NCBI GenBank assembly: GCA_031556335.1
Contig: JAVBTE010000032.1
Coordinates: forward strand, 92 to 64,091
Source of the DNA: Eubacteriales bacterium
Lineage (GTDB): Bacteria > Bacillota > Clostridia > Christensenellales > Aristaeellaceae
DNA: 64,000 nt
Reading direction: 5' to 3'
Made by a program: the position numbers and the translations under genes. Positions 18,689 to 27,631 of this stretch are shown one piece after another. How positions within the stretch are numbered: position 1 is the stretch's first letter; every line of letters begins with the position of its first letter. Below the pieces are notes generated by a model that saw nothing but the letters and a program-made list of their open reading frames with translations, was not told the DNA's origin and searched no databases.

Positions 18689-18727
18689 GCCGGACGGCAG
18701 AACGAAGGCGGAACCCGGAAAAAAGAT

Positions 18728-18756
18728 TTGATATGAAAACAAAACGATGGTAAAAT
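18728..18756 (+). promoter_or_regulatory. putative sigma-A promoter of aqpZ
   Basis: TTGATA (18728-18733), 17 nt, TAAAAT (18751-18756). Confidence 0.5.
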
Positions 18757-18841
18757 AGCTTCGGCATTATTTCAGCGGAGGAAGCGGTCGTTTCCTCCGG
18801 CAAAAAAATCATAGGGATCGTTACAAAGGAGGACGCGGAAC

Positions 18842-19519
18842 ATGGAGAAAATGCGGAAGTATCTGGCGGAATTCCTGGGAACGTTGGTGCTGGTGTTTAT
18901 GGGCTGCGGCAGCGCGATGCTGCTGGGCTGCGATGCCAGCGGCGGCCATCTGGCGGTGGCCCTGGCCTTTGGTTTGTCCATCGTGGCCATGGCGTATGTC
19001 ATCGGCGGCGTCTCCGGCTGCCATGTGAACCCGGCGGTGTCCCTGGCGATGCTTTTGAGCCGGAAAATGAGCCTGTCGGATTTTGTGGGCTATGTGGTGG
19101 CTCAGTTTGCGGGGGCGATCGTCGGCGCGGCGCTGTTGAAGGCCTTCGTGCGTTTTGGCGCGCCGGACCTGACAGGGGCGTTGGGCTCCAACGGCCTGGG
19201 CACCATTGGCGTGGGCGGAGCGGTTTTGGCGGAGATCATTTTGACCGCCATTTTTGTGTTCACCATTTTGGGCGTGACGTCCGACCCCGGCAAGGGCAGC
19301 GTGGCCGGCATTGTGATTGGTCTGACCCTTGCGTTTGTCCATATTGTGGGCATCCCGCTGACAGGCACTTCCGTGAACCCGGCCCGCAGCTTTGGCCCGG
19401 CGCTTTGGGCGGGCGGACAGGCGCTGAGCAATGTGTGGGTGTTCCTGCTGGCCCCCCTGGTGGGCGCGGCCCTGGCGGCGCTTGCCTTCCGGTTTTTTTA
19501 CCCGGCCAAGAAGCAGTAA
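18842..19519 (+). CDS. aqpZ: aquaporin Z / MIP-family water channel
   Basis: Two NPA boxes (HVNPAVSLAM and SVNPARSFGPAL) and six hydrophobic segments. Confidence 0.92.
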   Translation: MEKMRKYLAEFLGTLVLVFMGCGSAMLLGCDASGGHLAVALAFGLSIVAMAYVIGGVSGCHVNPAVSLAMLLSRKMSLSDFVGYVVAQFAGAIVGAALLKAFVRFGAPDLTGALGSNGLGTIGVGGAVLAEIILTAIFVFTILGVTSDPGKGSVAGIVIGLTLAFVHIVGIPLTGTSVNPARSFGPALWAGGQALSNVWVFLLAPLVGAALAALAFRFFYPAKKQ

Positions 19520-19566
19520 GGAAAAATTGGCAAAAAGAGGATAGGGTAGTTAAAAGCATTGGAAAG

Positions 19567-19590
19567 CAGGCGGCCCCACGGGGTCGCCTG
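19567..19590 (+). terminator. terminator after aqpZ
   Basis: CAGGCGGCCCC-ac-GGGGTCGCCTG followed by TTTGTCCGTT. Confidence 0.6.
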
Positions 19591-19671
19591 TTTGTCCGTT
19601 CAACAATTTTTGCGGGCTTTCAAAGCGGCGAACGCCACTTTGGCCACCGCAGAAAAAACTCGGGCAAAAGC

Positions 19672-19700
19672 TTGACATAAAGCGCCCCCCTCAGTATACT
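19672..19700 (+). promoter_or_regulatory. sigma-A promoter of the rpmH-rnpA-yidD-yidC-jag operon
   Basis: TTGACA (19672-19677), 17 nt, TATACT (19695-19700). Confidence 0.6.
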
Positions 19701-19785
19701 ATAATGGTTGTTTTGTGGTTTTCTGCGCATTGCGAAAGTGAGGCGCATACGCCTACATATTTGAAACTGCAAGGAGTGTTCTGGC

Positions 19786-19920
19786 ATGTTCCGTACCTAT
19801 CAGCCCAAAAAGCGTCAGCGTAGCAAGGTGCACGGTTTCCGCGCGCGCATGTCCACCAAGAATGGCCGCCGCGTGCTGGCTGCCCGTCGCCGCCGTGGCC
19901 GCAAGGTGCTCAGCGCCTAA
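19786..19920 (+). CDS. rpmH: 50S ribosomal protein L34
   Basis: Not in the ORF track because it is under 60 aa. My translation is [50 protein letters not shown] lies upstream. Confidence 0.95.
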   Translation: MFRTYQPKKRQRSKVHGFRARMSTKNGRRVLAARRRRGRKVLSA

Positions 19921-20063
19921 GCTGGCAGCGAGACACAAATAGTTTTTCGGTTGGCCCTGCCCATTTGTCTTGTTAAGGGGTGAAGTGGGTACGGGCCTTT
20001 CCGATATCATCGGCAAAAACTGGTTTGTTTCGCCCATTTTGCTTGAAAGAGGAGACGCCCCGC

Positions 20064-20396
20064 TTGCAACGGCAGTATCGGCTTTGTCAAAACCGGCAAT
20101 TCAGCTATGTGTATCGCCGGGGAACCCGCGGCTCCTGCAAGGATTTTATGGTCTTGTATGTGAAGAGCCAGCAAAAGCGCGTTGGTTTTTCCGTCAGCAA
20201 AAAGGTGGGCGTGGCGGTGGTTCGCAACCGCACCAAGCGGCGGCTGCGGGAAAGCATCCGGCCCCTTATTCCCCGGCTGAAAAGCGGCCTGTATGTCATC
20301 GTGGCCAGGCCTTCGGCGGCGGACAGGCCCTTTGTGGAGCTTCAAAAAAGCATGGACGCGCTCCTGAAAAAGATGAACCTGTTCCTGGCCCCATGA
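20064..20396 (+). CDS. rnpA: ribonuclease P protein component
   Basis: ...[15 protein letters not shown]...[23 protein letters not shown] contains the RNR motif. A TTG at 20064 follows AGAGGAG by 9 nt; the track start at 19980 would add an atypical 28-aa N-terminus. Confidence 0.8.
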   Translation: MQRQYRLCQNRQFSYVYRRGTRGSCKDFMVLYVKSQQKRVGFSVSKKVGVAVVRNRTKRRLRESIRPLIPRLKSGLYVIVARPSAADRPFVELQKSMDALLKKMNLFLAP

Positions 20397-20415
20397 AGGG
20401 GGAAACGGAGCGACA

Positions 20416-20655
20416 ATGAAACGGTTTTTGATCGCGGTGATCCGCTTTTATCAGCGGCACATTAGTGCCCATACGCTGCCGTCCTGCCGTTTTCAACCCA
20501 CCTGCTCGCAATATGCCTTGACCGCGCTGGAGCGGTTCGGCGCGCTGAGGGGGAGTTGGATGGCGTTTTGCCGTATTCTCCGCTGCAATCCTTTTTGCAA
20601 GGGCGGATATGACCCGGTGCCTGAAAACCCAGCCATGACGATAAGGAGGGATTAA
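20416..20655 (+). CDS. yidD: membrane protein insertion efficiency factor YidD
   Basis: [38 protein letters not shown] is diagnostic. Confidence 0.92.
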   Translation: MKRFLIAVIRFYQRHISAHTLPSCRFQPTCSQYALTALERFGALRGSWMAFCRILRCNPFCKGGYDPVPENPAMTIRRD

Positions 20656-20661
20656 TCCCCA

Positions 20662-21660
20662 ATGAATGATTTTTTGGTCGGCATCCTCAGCGGTATTAAC
20701 TCTGTCGTGCACAATTACGGTTGGTCCATCGTGGTATTTACGTTGCTGATTCGGTTGATTCTGTCTCCCCTGGATTTCAAAAGCCGCAAAAGCATGCGCA
20801 AAATGAGCAAGCTGCAGCCCGAAATGGCCAAGCTGCAAAAGAAATACGCCAACGACAAAGAAAAGCTGAACATGAAAACATCGGAGCTGTACCGCCGGGA
20901 AAAAATCAACCCTCTGGCGGGCTGCGTTCCGATGCTTTTGTCCTTTCCGGTGCTGATCGCCATGTTCGGGGCCATGCGCCACATTGCCAACATGGAGTTG
21001 GCCAAGCAGGCCATTGACCTGATCACCACCGGCGTACAGGTGAACGAGCCCTGGCTGTGGGTGAAAAACCTGTGGATGCCGGACAGCCCCTTCTATGCCA
21101 TGATCGCCGACCATAACAGCCTGAAGCTGATCCCTGCCGATATCTGGGCCAAGGTGTTTACCGCCCTTTCGCCGGAGAAAATCAGCGCCCTGGGCAGCCT
21201 GGGCAACGGCCTGGCCATTACCGCGCAGAACATTTCCGGAGAGACCATTTTTGCCGCCCTGTCCCAAAGCCCGGTGTATGCCCAGCAGATGGAGCTGTGG
21301 TCTGTGATGCCCTCCGTGAACCTGCTGATTACCCAGGTGAAGATTTACGCCAATGCCAACGGCTGGTTTTTGCTGCCGCTGCTTTCCGGCGTTACCTCGT
21401 TCCTGCTGACCATGACCCAGCCCCAGCAGCCCATGGCGGGCGGGGAAAACACCCAGGCGGCCAGCACCAACAAGATGATGAAGTACTTTATGCCCGTTTT
21501 TTCGCTGTGGATCTGCTGGAGCTACAACGCCGGCTTCGCCCTTTACTGGGTGGCCGCCAACGTCATCTCCGGGGCGCAGGGCATTTTGTTCAACAAGTAT
21601 TTTGATGCGCAGGACAAGAAGGCCGCGCAGGTGAGCGTAGGGGAGGGAAGTGTGAAATGA
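20662..21660 (+). CDS. yidC: membrane protein insertase YidC (Oxa1/SpoIIIJ family)
   Basis: WSIVVFTLLIRLILSPLDFKSRKSMRKMSKLQPEMAKLQKKY...ELYRREKINPLAGCVPMLLSFPVLIAMF. Confidence 0.92.
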   Translation: MNDFLVGILSGINSVVHNYGWSIVVFTLLIRLILSPLDFKSRKSMRKMSKLQPEMAKLQKKYANDKEKLNMKTSELYRREKINPLAGCVPMLLSFPVLIAMFGAMRHIANMELAKQAIDLITTGVQVNEPWLWVKNLWMPDSPFYAMIADHNSLKLIPADIWAKVFTALSPEKISALGSLGNGLAITAQNISGETIFAALSQSPVYAQQMELWSVMPSVNLLITQVKIYANANGWFLLPLLSGVTSFLLTMTQPQQPMAGGENTQAASTNKMMKYFMPVFSLWICWSYNAGFALYWVAANVISGAQGILFNKYFDAQDKKAAQVSVGEGSVK

Positions 21661-22541
21661 GGTTTATCGAATCCAGTGCAAAAACGATGGAAGAAGCCGT
21701 AACCCAGGGCCTGGAAAAGCTGGGCGTGTCCCTTGGGGATGTGACCATCGATATCCTGGACGAAGGCTCCAAGGGTTTTTTGGGGCTTTTGGGCGGCAAG
21801 CCCGTGGTGGTGCGCCTGACGGTGCGCGACGGCGTGGAGGACGGGGACATTTTGTCCTCCCTGTCTTTGAAGGAAGCGGTGCAAAAGGACGAGTTTGAGC
21901 CCAGGGCGGAGAAGAAGGGCGTACGGGAAAAGGCCGAAAAGGCCAAGCAGCAGGCCCGGGACAAGGCGGACAAGCCCAAGGACAAGGCGGCGAAGCCCGC
22001 TGCGGAGAAAACCCCGGAAAGGCCCCAACCCGCGCGGAGGCCCATGGTTCAGCCCGACGGGGACAACACCCCCGCCCCCCTGTGCGACCCGGAGACCCCC
22101 GAGGGCAAGGCCCAGCAGTTTTTGCTGAAAGTGACCGAGATGATGGACGTGCATGTGAGCGTTCACGCCGGCCGGGATGAAGAAGGCAATGTGCGGGTGG
22201 ACATGTTCGGCGACACCCTGGGGATTTTGATCGGCCGCCGGGGAGAAACCCTGGACGCGCTGCAGTACCTGACCAGCCTGAACGTGAACAAGGACCGTGA
22301 GGACTATGTGCGCGTGACCCTGGACACGGAAAACTACCGCGCCAAGCGGGAGGAAGCGCTGACCCGCCTGGCCAACCGGATGGCCAACCGGGCCGTGAAA
22401 ACGGGCCGCAAGGTTGTGATGGAGCCCATGAATCCTTATGAGCGCCGCATTCTGCACAGCGCCTTGCAGCAAAACGAAGCAGTCACCACCCACAGCGAAG
22501 GGGACGAGCCCAACCGCCATGTGGTGATCACACTGAAGTAA
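21657..22541 (+). CDS. khpB: RNA-binding protein Jag/KhpB (Jag_N, KH and R3H domains) with a long K/P/A-rich linker
   Basis: N-terminal SAKTMEEAVTQGLEKLGVS, a KH-like LGILIGRRGETLDALQYL, and the R3H region EPMNPYERRILHSAL. ATGA overlap with yidC. Confidence 0.88.
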   Translation: MRFIESSAKTMEEAVTQGLEKLGVSLGDVTIDILDEGSKGFLGLLGGKPVVVRLTVRDGVEDGDILSSLSLKEAVQKDEFEPRAEKKGVREKAEKAKQQARDKADKPKDKAAKPAAEKTPERPQPARRPMVQPDGDNTPAPLCDPETPEGKAQQFLLKVTEMMDVHVSVHAGRDEEGNVRVDMFGDTLGILIGRRGETLDALQYLTSLNVNKDREDYVRVTLDTENYRAKREEALTRLANRMANRAVKTGRKVVMEPMNPYERRILHSALQQNEAVTTHSEGDEPNRHVVITLK

Positions 22542-22595
22542 AGCACCGGGCACGAAAGTTGTTACGAATATTGCATGGGCATGGGTTTTGCCTGA

Positions 22596-22632
22596 AAGCG
22601 CACGGTTTGATAGGTCAAACGGGCGCTTTTTT
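22596..22632 (+). terminator. terminator after jag
   Basis: AAAGCGCACGGTTTGA-tagg-TCAAACGGGCGCTTT (one bulge) running into TTTTTT. Confidence 0.7.
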
Positions 22633-22697
22633 CATGGGACGGTGCCGGCGTGGAGCGCTGAAAGCGGCGGGAATGCCGCCCAAAACAGCGGGCCAGC

Positions 22698-22726
22698 TTG
22701 TGAAAAAAACACCAAGATGCTATAAT
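22698..22726 (+). promoter_or_regulatory. sigma-A promoter of rex
   Basis: TTGTGA (22698-22703), 17 nt, TATAAT (22721-22726). Confidence 0.6.
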
Positions 22727-22860
22727 AAAGCCAAATGGCCGTCGCGCAGCCTTTTTAGGCGTGGGCGAAGCGCTTTGGAAAGCGACGAAAGCCGCGGTTG
22801 AGGCGCAACCAGGCATTTTGAAAGGTTCGCGCCATTTGATACCAAAGGGGAGGAAACCAT

Positions 22861-23493
22861 ATGGGGGGTTATGTATCTGAGGCGGTGATCCGCAGGCTGC
22901 CCGGATATTACAGGCATCTGAAGGAATTGGAAACGGAAGGGGTCACGCAGATCTCTTCCCAGGAGTTGGGCGGGCGCATGAAGCTGACCGCGTCCCAGAT
23001 CCGGCAGGACATCAATTGTTTCGGAGGCTTTGGCAGGCAGGGCTTCGGCTATGCCGTTTCAGATTTGCGGGAGCATATCGGCCGCATCCTGGGGGTGGAT
23101 AGGCAGCACGCCATGATCATCATCGGGGCGGGGAACATCGGGCGGGCCATTGCCTGCTCGGATTCGTTCGTGGAGAACGGCTTCAACACCCGGGCAATTT
23201 TTGACACGGACCCGCAAAAAATTGGCGTGATCGTGGGCCGGTGGGTGGTGCAACCCATGGAGAATATTCAGCGTTATATTGCGGAAAATAAAGTGGACAT
23301 TTGCGCGCTGGCCATTCCCGCCGACGGGGCCCAGGCCCTGGCGGACCGGCTGTGCGGATGGGGGATTCGGGCGTTTTGGAATTTTGTGCCTGTGGATTTG
23401 AAATTGCCCCAGGACGCGGTGGCGTATAACGTGCACTTGGACGAAGGGCTGCAGATTTTATCCTTCCGCATGCTGAAAATGATGGAGGACTGA
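22861..23493 (+). CDS. rex: redox-sensing transcriptional repressor Rex
   Basis: AVIRRLPGYYRHL...ISSQELGGRMKLTASQIRQDINCFGGFGRQGFGY...IIGAGNIGRAI. Confidence 0.92.
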   Translation: MGGYVSEAVIRRLPGYYRHLKELETEGVTQISSQELGGRMKLTASQIRQDINCFGGFGRQGFGYAVSDLREHIGRILGVDRQHAMIIIGAGNIGRAIACSDSFVENGFNTRAIFDTDPQKIGVIVGRWVVQPMENIQRYIAENKVDICALAIPADGAQALADRLCGWGIRAFWNFVPVDLKLPQDAVAYNVHLDEGLQILSFRMLKMMED

Positions 23494-23534
23494 CGGCCCG
23501 GCGGGACCCGGACGGCAAAGGGGGAACGGCAACC

Positions 23535-25385
23535 GTGTCGTGGGAAGAATTGGACATCAACAATCCGGATGTATATGCGCCCCGGGCTTACCCCCGCGTG
23601 CAAAGAGCCGTCCGCGCCATGGAAGGCGATGGGGAGGGGCGGCCGGCGGTGGGCGCGGGCAAAAGCGCGGCTTGGGCCGAGGAAGAGCCGGGCTTTGTGT
23701 TCGACCAGGACCCGGCCTGGGGGGAATCCCTTTCAACGCTGGAGATTGACCGGGCTGCCCAGGCCGCCGGAACCGGCGGGGGCAGGGCCGGACAGCAGGC
23801 CCCCCGGCAGCCCAGGGCCCCGAAGCCGGAAGCCGCGCAGCCGGCGGAGAGCAAAGCCAAGGCCCGGGGCAACCGCTCCGCAGAACGGGCGGGGCGGAAG
23901 GGCCGGAAGGATCATCCCTATTTGTATGTCAGCATCATTACGGTTTGCACGCTGCTGATGGCGGTGGTGATCGTGATGATGATGCCCCAGGTGGGCGGGT
24001 ATTTCTGGTCCGATCTGGGCAACTATGCATTTATCAACGGAGAGCTTTTGCGCTACGACCCGGAGGTGGTGGCCACATACAAGCAATACCGGGACTATAT
24101 GCAGCAAGACCAGATCTACCCCGGCGTTTTCGTGGACGGCACCCATGTGGGGGGCATGACGTTGGCGGAGGCCCAGGCGGCCCTGGCCAACACGGGGGAG
24201 CCTGCCAGCATGTTTTCGGTCACCGTGTCCATTGGCAACCAAACCTGGCCCTTTAACAGCGGCAACGTGCCCGCCACCCGGGACCTTAGCAACGTGCTGG
24301 ACCGGGCGTATGCCATTGGGCGCACCAACACCACCGCCATTTTGGGCACCCGGCAGACCCCCTTCCGGGAGCGGGTGGCCACGGCACTGGACCTTCGGGA
24401 AAGCGGCGTGAACCTGACCACCAGGGCCGCCTACGACCATGAAGCGGTGCGAAGCCGGGTGAACGAGATCGTCGCCTATGTGAACCGGCCCGCCACCAAC
24501 GCGCAGATCCAATCCTTCGACTTTGCCACCCGCACCTTTGCCTTTACCGACGGGCAGGTGGGGGTGACGGTGAACGAGGAGGAACTTTATGACAAGCTTA
24601 CCGCAAGCCTGGACAACGCCGAGCAGGGCACGGTGGTCACCGTGCAGCCGGTGCTGACCCAGCCCACCGTAACCAAGACCCAGCTGCAAAGCAGCTTTAA
24701 GATGACAGCCGCCTTCACCACGGACACCACCAGCGACAAAAACCGGAACAACAACATCGATTTGGCTTGCCAGGCCATCAACGGCACGGCCCTGATGCCC
24801 GGGGAAAGCTTCAGCTTCAACAAGGCCACCGGGCAGCGCACCACGGAGAAGGGCTACCGGGAGGCCGGGGCCATCGCTGCGGGCCAGAGCATTGAAGAGG
24901 TGGGCGGCGGCATTTGCCAGGTGTCTTCCACGCTGTTTAACGCGGTGGCCAGGGCCAACCTGGAGATTACCAGCCGAAGCCCCCACGCCTGGCCCAGCAC
25001 CTACGTCAACAAGGGCGAGGACGCCACCGTGAACTGGCCCAATCTGGATTTTCAGTTCAAAAACAACCTGTCCGCGCCGGTGTTTATCATTACCTATTAT
25101 AAAGACCGCAAGGTATCGGCGGAGGTGTGGGGCCTGTCCCTGGGGGACGGGGTGACCATTGACCTGAAATCCAACGTCGTAAAAACCATGGAGCCCTCGT
25201 CTGAGGTGAACTATGTGAACAACCAGAACCTGCCCTATGGCACCAGCAAGGAAACCATCAAAGCCCGAACCGGCTACGTGGTGGAAACCTACAAGGTGTG
25301 GTACCAGAACGGCAAGGAGTTCAAGCGGGAGAAGCTGCATACCTCCACGTACAGGGCGTATCAGCGGACGGTGGAATATAACTGA
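23535..25385 (+). CDS. VanW family protein with a disordered N-terminus, one TM helix and a C-terminal G5-like domain
   Basis: GTG start, TM segment YLYVSIITVCTLLMAVVIVMMM, VanW core GQSIEEVGGGICQVSSTLFNAV...HAWPSTYVNKGEDATV. Confidence 0.8.
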   Translation: MSWEELDINNPDVYAPRAYPRVQRAVRAMEGDGEGRPAVGAGKSAAWAEEEPGFVFDQDPAWGESLSTLEIDRAAQAAGTGGGRAGQQAPRQPRAPKPEAAQPAESKAKARGNRSAERAGRKGRKDHPYLYVSIITVCTLLMAVVIVMMMPQVGGYFWSDLGNYAFINGELLRYDPEVVATYKQYRDYMQQDQIYPGVFVDGTHVGGMTLAEAQAALANTGEPASMFSVTVSIGNQTWPFNSGNVPATRDLSNVLDRAYAIGRTNTTAILGTRQTPFRERVATALDLRESGVNLTTRAAYDHEAVRSRVNEIVAYVNRPATNAQIQSFDFATRTFAFTDGQVGVTVNEEELYDKLTASLDNAEQGTVVTVQPVLTQPTVTKTQLQSSFKMTAAFTTDTTSDKNRNNNIDLACQAINGTALMPGESFSFNKATGQRTTEKGYREAGAIAAGQSIEEVGGGICQVSSTLFNAVARANLEITSRSPHAWPSTYVNKGEDATVNWPNLDFQFKNNLSAPVFIITYYKDRKVSAEVWGLSLGDGVTIDLKSNVVKTMEPSSEVNYVNNQNLPYGTSKETIKARTGYVVETYKVWYQNGKEFKREKLHTSTYRAYQRTVEYN

Positions 25386-25391
25386 TCAATC

Positions 25392-25420
25392 AAAAACCAC
25401 CAGCTTTGCTGGTGGTTTTG
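25392..25420. terminator. bidirectional terminator after the VanW gene
   Basis: AAAAACCACCAGC-tttg-GCTGGTGGTTTT, a perfect stem with flanking A and T runs. Confidence 0.8.
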
Positions 25421-25464
25421 ATATGGATCAAATCCAACGCTGCGTGAAAGGCACGTTCGCTTTT

Positions 25465-25561
25465 TCCTTTTCACCGCGTGAAACGCGGCGAAATCAGGGG
25501 TTCAGGGCGTAGCCCTGACGGGGTGCAGGGGTGGAACCCCTGCATACGTATCCCCCTCCTA
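25465..25561. repeat. intergenic multi-hairpin cassette, copy 3 (half copy facing uppP)
   Basis: hp1' TCACCGCGtgaaaCGCGGCGA 25471-25491, hp2' TCAGGGCGTAGCCCTGA 25502-25518, hp3' GCAGGGGtggaaCCCCTGC 25525-25543, and a C-tract abutting the uppP stop. Confidence 0.8.
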
Positions 25562-26428
25562 CCCCAGCAGCCCTTTCACCGCCATGGCCACCTCGGGGAT
25601 GTGAGCCCCGGCGTCCGGAACGTCGGTCAGCACGCCGGTGGCCTGAAGAATGATGACCAGGATGCCCAGAAGGATCACATACAGGGCAAACCCGTTGAGG
25701 GAAGCCTTGCTGATGATTCGCAGCATAAAGCGGATGGCAAAATAGCCGCTGAGGCCCGCCACCACCATGCCCGCCAGAATGGGGCCGAAATCGCCCACGG
25801 CGCCCAGGCCGCCGTCTTTGACGACGGACATGCCCTCGCTGAGCATGCCGGCCACAATGGCGGGGGCGCTCATCATGAAGCTAAATTTGGCGGCCTTCTC
25901 CCGGGTGAGGCCGGAAGCCACGCCCCCGAAGATGGTGGAGCCGCTGCGGCTGATGCCCGGAAGCATGCCGATCACCTGCACGCAGCCCATGGCCAGGGCC
26001 TGGGGAATGCGAACCTCTTTGCCTTCCAGATGGAGGCGCTCCCGGCGGCGGGCCAGGGCCTGGGTCAAAATCAGGAACAGGCCGGTCAGCAGGAAGCAAA
26101 CGCCCAGGATGATGTTGTGGGTCTCAAAATAATCGATCTGGTCGCCAAACAGAACCTTGGCGGCCAGCGCGGGAAGAGACGCGATGAAAAGCAGCAGCAA
26201 GGTTTTGTTTTGAATGGGATGGCGCAGCATCTGCCACCAGTCCTTCCAAAACACGATCAGCACCGGGATGAGGGTGGCCACGTGGAGCAGGATATTGAAC
26301 AGAAGCTGGTTTTCCACATTGACATGAAACAGCGCTTGCAACAGGTTCAGGTGACCGCTGGAAGAAATGGGCAAAAACTCTGCCAGACCTTGAATCAAAC
26401 CGAGAAACGCAGCCATCAGAACGCTCAT
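25559..26428 (-). CDS. uppP: undecaprenyl-diphosphate phosphatase
   Basis: LGLIQGLAEFLPISSSGHL...PGISRSGSTI are diagnostic BacA/UppP motifs. Confidence 0.92.
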   Translation of the reverse strand: MSVLMAAFLGLIQGLAEFLPISSSGHLNLLQALFHVNVENQLLFNILLHVATLIPVLIVFWKDWWQMLRHPIQNKTLLLLFIASLPALAAKVLFGDQIDYFETHNIILGVCFLLTGLFLILTQALARRRERLHLEGKEVRIPQALAMGCVQVIGMLPGISRSGSTIFGGVASGLTREKAAKFSFMMSAPAIVAGMLSEGMSVVKDGGLGAVGDFGPILAGMVVAGLSGYFAIRFMLRIISKASLNGFALYVILLGILVIILQATGVLTDVPDAGAHIPEVAMAVKGLLG

Positions 26429-26625
26429 CTTTTTCGATCCTTCCTCAAATTCGCATTGGACTGACGCAAAACAAACGAGTTCAGTATACTACATTTTGCC
26501 CGGGCTGTCACGACGGATGCGGAAAGATTGCGGTTGATGGTTGATTGCCAGGGAAAGTTTGCTATAATGAAGGCGGAACAAAACCCGCCGCCCGTTGGCG
26601 GCAAGCCGAAAGGAGCGTGGGCCGG

Positions 26626-27522
26626 ATGAAAAGGAAAACCGCGTGGGTCCGCTGGTATCGGAGGGCGCTGGTGCTGCTGGTGGCTCTGGCGGTCTGCTTT
26701 GTGGTGGCCACGGCCGAGCCGGCCACTCCCGATGCGGCTCAGCCGCAAAGCCCCTCCGCACTGTTTTTGAATGTGGGCAAAGCGGATGCGGCGCTGTATT
26801 TTTTAAGTGGACAGGTGTATCTGATTGACACGGGCACCAAAGACTCGGCCCCGGCCCTTTTGAAGGGGCTGGAAACCTATGGGATTAAGAAGCTGCATGG
26901 CGTTTTCATCACCCACACGGACAAGGACCACGTGGGCGGGCTGAAAACCCTGCTGGAGTCCGGAATGGCGGTGGACCAGCTGTACGCCCCCCGGTTTCAT
27001 AGCGAAAAAAGCGACGAAAAACACCCGGTGTACAAGGCGGCCCAGGAGTTTGACCTGCCCATGACCTGGCTTCAAGCGGGAGACGGGGTGGTTGTGGACG
27101 AGGGCACAAGCTTTACCGTGCTGGGGCCGCTGACGAAGGACCCGGAAAACGAGAACAATAACTCGCTGGTGCTGGATTTGCAGACCCCGGAGGGCAATAT
27201 GCTGCTGGTGGGGGACATGGAGTTTGCCGAGGAGGAGGCGCTGCTGCGGGCCGGGGCCATTCCCAAGGCGACCGTTTTGAAGGTGGGGCACCATGGGGAG
27301 GACGACGCCTCCGGCGTGGCTTTCTTATCCACGGTCAAGCCCCAGTGGGCGGTTATCTCCACCAGCACCGAGGAAGAAAAGGATACCCCAGACCCCAAGG
27401 TGATGGGGCTTTTGTGGCAGGTGAAGGCGAACGTGGCCGTTACCCAGGAGGCCACCTGCGGCATTTTGGTCACCCTTGCGGCAGGGACGGCCACGGCCCA
27501 AAAGATCGATTACAAGCCCTAG
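26626..27522 (+). CDS. membrane-anchored or secreted MBL-fold hydrolase (ComEC C-terminal-domain-like)
   Basis: MKRKTAWVRWYRRALVLLVALAVCFVVA signal/anchor, ITHTDKDHVGGL, VLKVGHHGEDDAS. Confidence 0.75.
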   Translation: MKRKTAWVRWYRRALVLLVALAVCFVVATAEPATPDAAQPQSPSALFLNVGKADAALYFLSGQVYLIDTGTKDSAPALLKGLETYGIKKLHGVFITHTDKDHVGGLKTLLESGMAVDQLYAPRFHSEKSDEKHPVYKAAQEFDLPMTWLQAGDGVVVDEGTSFTVLGPLTKDPENENNNSLVLDLQTPEGNMLLVGDMEFAEEEALLRAGAIPKATVLKVGHHGEDDASGVAFLSTVKPQWAVISTSTEEEKDTPDPKVMGLLWQVKANVAVTQEATCGILVTLAAGTATAQKIDYKP

Positions 27523-27631
27523 GCGCACATTTCCTCCGTTCAGTCATAGGATGGTTTGAAGCCCTGAAAGGCTTCAGATGGCAGCCCGGATTCCCGGGAG
27601 GGCGGCCTGCCACCCTTTCCATGAAGGAGGA

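Noticed and set aside
19520-19785. Search for an oriC-like DnaA-box cluster upstream of rpmH.
   Set aside because: Only a weak partial match (TGTGGTTTT) was seen by eye, with no cluster of TTATCCACA or TGTGGATAA motifs and no AT-rich unwinding element.
21850-22100. K/P/A/E-rich low-complexity stretch inside jag/khpB as a possible separate feature or repeat.
   Set aside because: It is in frame and lies between the Jag_N and KH domains, consistent with the variable linker of this protein family.
22698-22715. TTGTGAAaaaaACACCAA upstream of rex as a possible Rex operator.
   Set aside because: Only the left half-site resembles the TTGTGAA half of the Rex box. The right half does not form the inverted repeat. 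The TTGTGA is better explained as the -35 hexamer of a 17-nt-spaced TATAAT promoter.
22559-22801. 80-aa plus-strand ORF in the jag-rex intergenic region.
   Set aside because: It spans the jag terminator and the rex promoter, has an Arg/Lys/Gly-rich composition, and has no RBS.
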